Source: Heptranchias perlo (Eukaryota). Taken from it: a stretch of 64,000 nucleotides of DNA. A program made the position numbers and the translations under genes. The stretch spans positions 41,354,001-41,418,000 of the forward strand of contig NC_090329.1 of NCBI RefSeq assembly GCF_035084215.1, written 5' to 3'. Positions 62,656 through 64,000 of this stretch are shown here, one piece after another (the stretch's first letter is position 1; each line of letters opens with the position of its first letter). The notes under the pieces are model-generated. The model did not search any database and had not been told where the DNA came from. It saw nothing but the letters and a program-made list of their open reading frames with translations.

Positions 62656-64000
62656 CCTGATGTCTGGCCTTGCTATAGTGTTGACTCCTACTCTCCCAAA
62701 AGGAGGCTCTCTCATTCCTGTTCCTTTACAAGTAGGGACAGAAACCTGCTCATGAAATGAACTTTCTTTGTGGCTGACATACAGGCCGGCAATTTCCTCC
62801 GAACTGCTCCCGCTGCTCCACTGCCATAATTTTACCAGAGGTGCGGCAGAAACCCCGTTTATACGAGCAGGAAATTTCCAGCCACTGTAGCCCTGATATA
62901 ACATCAGCAGGTGTTATAAATGTCAGTTAAGCTACTTCAGAAATCTGAGGTAAGTTAGGATTGGGTGGATTCCTACATTAACACCAAAGTGGTGAAAGAT
63001 TGGTCCCAGTCAAATATTGGAGGGCGGGGGTGGTGGGGGGAGGGGTGGCGTGGAGGTGCATAGGGGGACTTTGTAATGAAGAATGTCAGGGTTAATAGAC
63101 CAGAAAATAGTGATTTTAATACTCCTAAAACCAAAGCAGAAAACACTGGGGTAATTATAACTTTAGGCGGTGATGAAAAACAGGTGATAACCATTTCAAT
63201 AGAAACGAAAACCGGAAAAGGTGCGTAACAGCCGGCTGATTTGATGTCGCCCGTTTTACATCATCACCTAAAGTTAAATTTACCCCCCTATTGTGTTAAT
63301 GTATCTTGCACACAACCCTTCCGGGTCCTTTAATAGATGTTATTTTCAGCCCAGTGGACATCTCAAAGACTGACATCACTTATTTATAACATATCATAAT
63401 ATCATGACATATTTGGTACTATGATTCAATGACATTATTTGCTGGCTGAAAGTGACGTTTAAAAGATGTTTTGCACCCTTGTTAGCATATTCAAGATGAC
63501 ATGGGCTGGTTCTCAAATATGTTATGCATCAACATTAGGCCTTAGGCCTGCGAGTGCTGTACAGTATTCAGAACTGTTTTAAATCAAGGTTCAAATGAGT
63601 AACCATAGCTGTGGTGTTGCTGTGGGTGATGAGAAAACTATCTGTTAATAGCAGCAGCAGGGAAATCGGGTCATTTCTGGAGGAAGAAAGAAACATGAAG
63701 CAATCAACTGCTGCACCTCAGTGCTCACTTAATGATTCCGTAGTCTACGGAACCTCTCTGTTGCCAATTTTTAAGGATTAATCCTCAAAATTCCAGTGTC
63801 CTTTCTGTCACCTTGACAAAGGAAGACAGACTGGTGCCACAGAGACAAATTTGTATGCTAATGAGCTCACCCGAGAGTTAATGAGCCAGCCATTGAAACT
63901 GTCACCCATAATGATCTGGGATAATAGGTTTGTTATCTCATTTCACATGCTTCCAGTCGGCGTTCACACATGAGATGGTGGGAAAAACTGTATTTCTGTG

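Overview
Repeat-rich vertebrate genomic DNA, most likely a cartilaginous fish (inferred from its CR1 LINE, Penelope and Deu-SINE content). The only host gene I can support is the 3' end of lipin-1 (lpin1, + strand): two coding exons at 2675-2778 and 16937-17096, plus a 3' UTR to about 19.1 kb. The rest is intronic or intergenic and made of CR1 and L2 LINEs (one near full length at 44505-49150), Penelope-like elements with minimal hammerhead ribozymes, Harbinger-type DNA-transposon remnants and three minisatellites. Highlights: (1) three divergent CR1 copies all end ORF1 with an in-phase U_UUA_AAC heptamer directly before the stop, and in the best copy ORF2 continues AUG-less in the -1 frame, suggesting programmed -1 ribosomal frameshifting; (2) a young Penelope hairpin insertion in the last lpin1 intron carries one intact hammerhead and one G5A-mutant copy; (3) a four-level nested insertion stack sits inside a 15-bp target-site duplication (TSD); (4) two adjacent, different 34-bp satellites appear to come from one degenerate ancestral repeat. 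Element boundaries were read by eye and are approximate unless stated.
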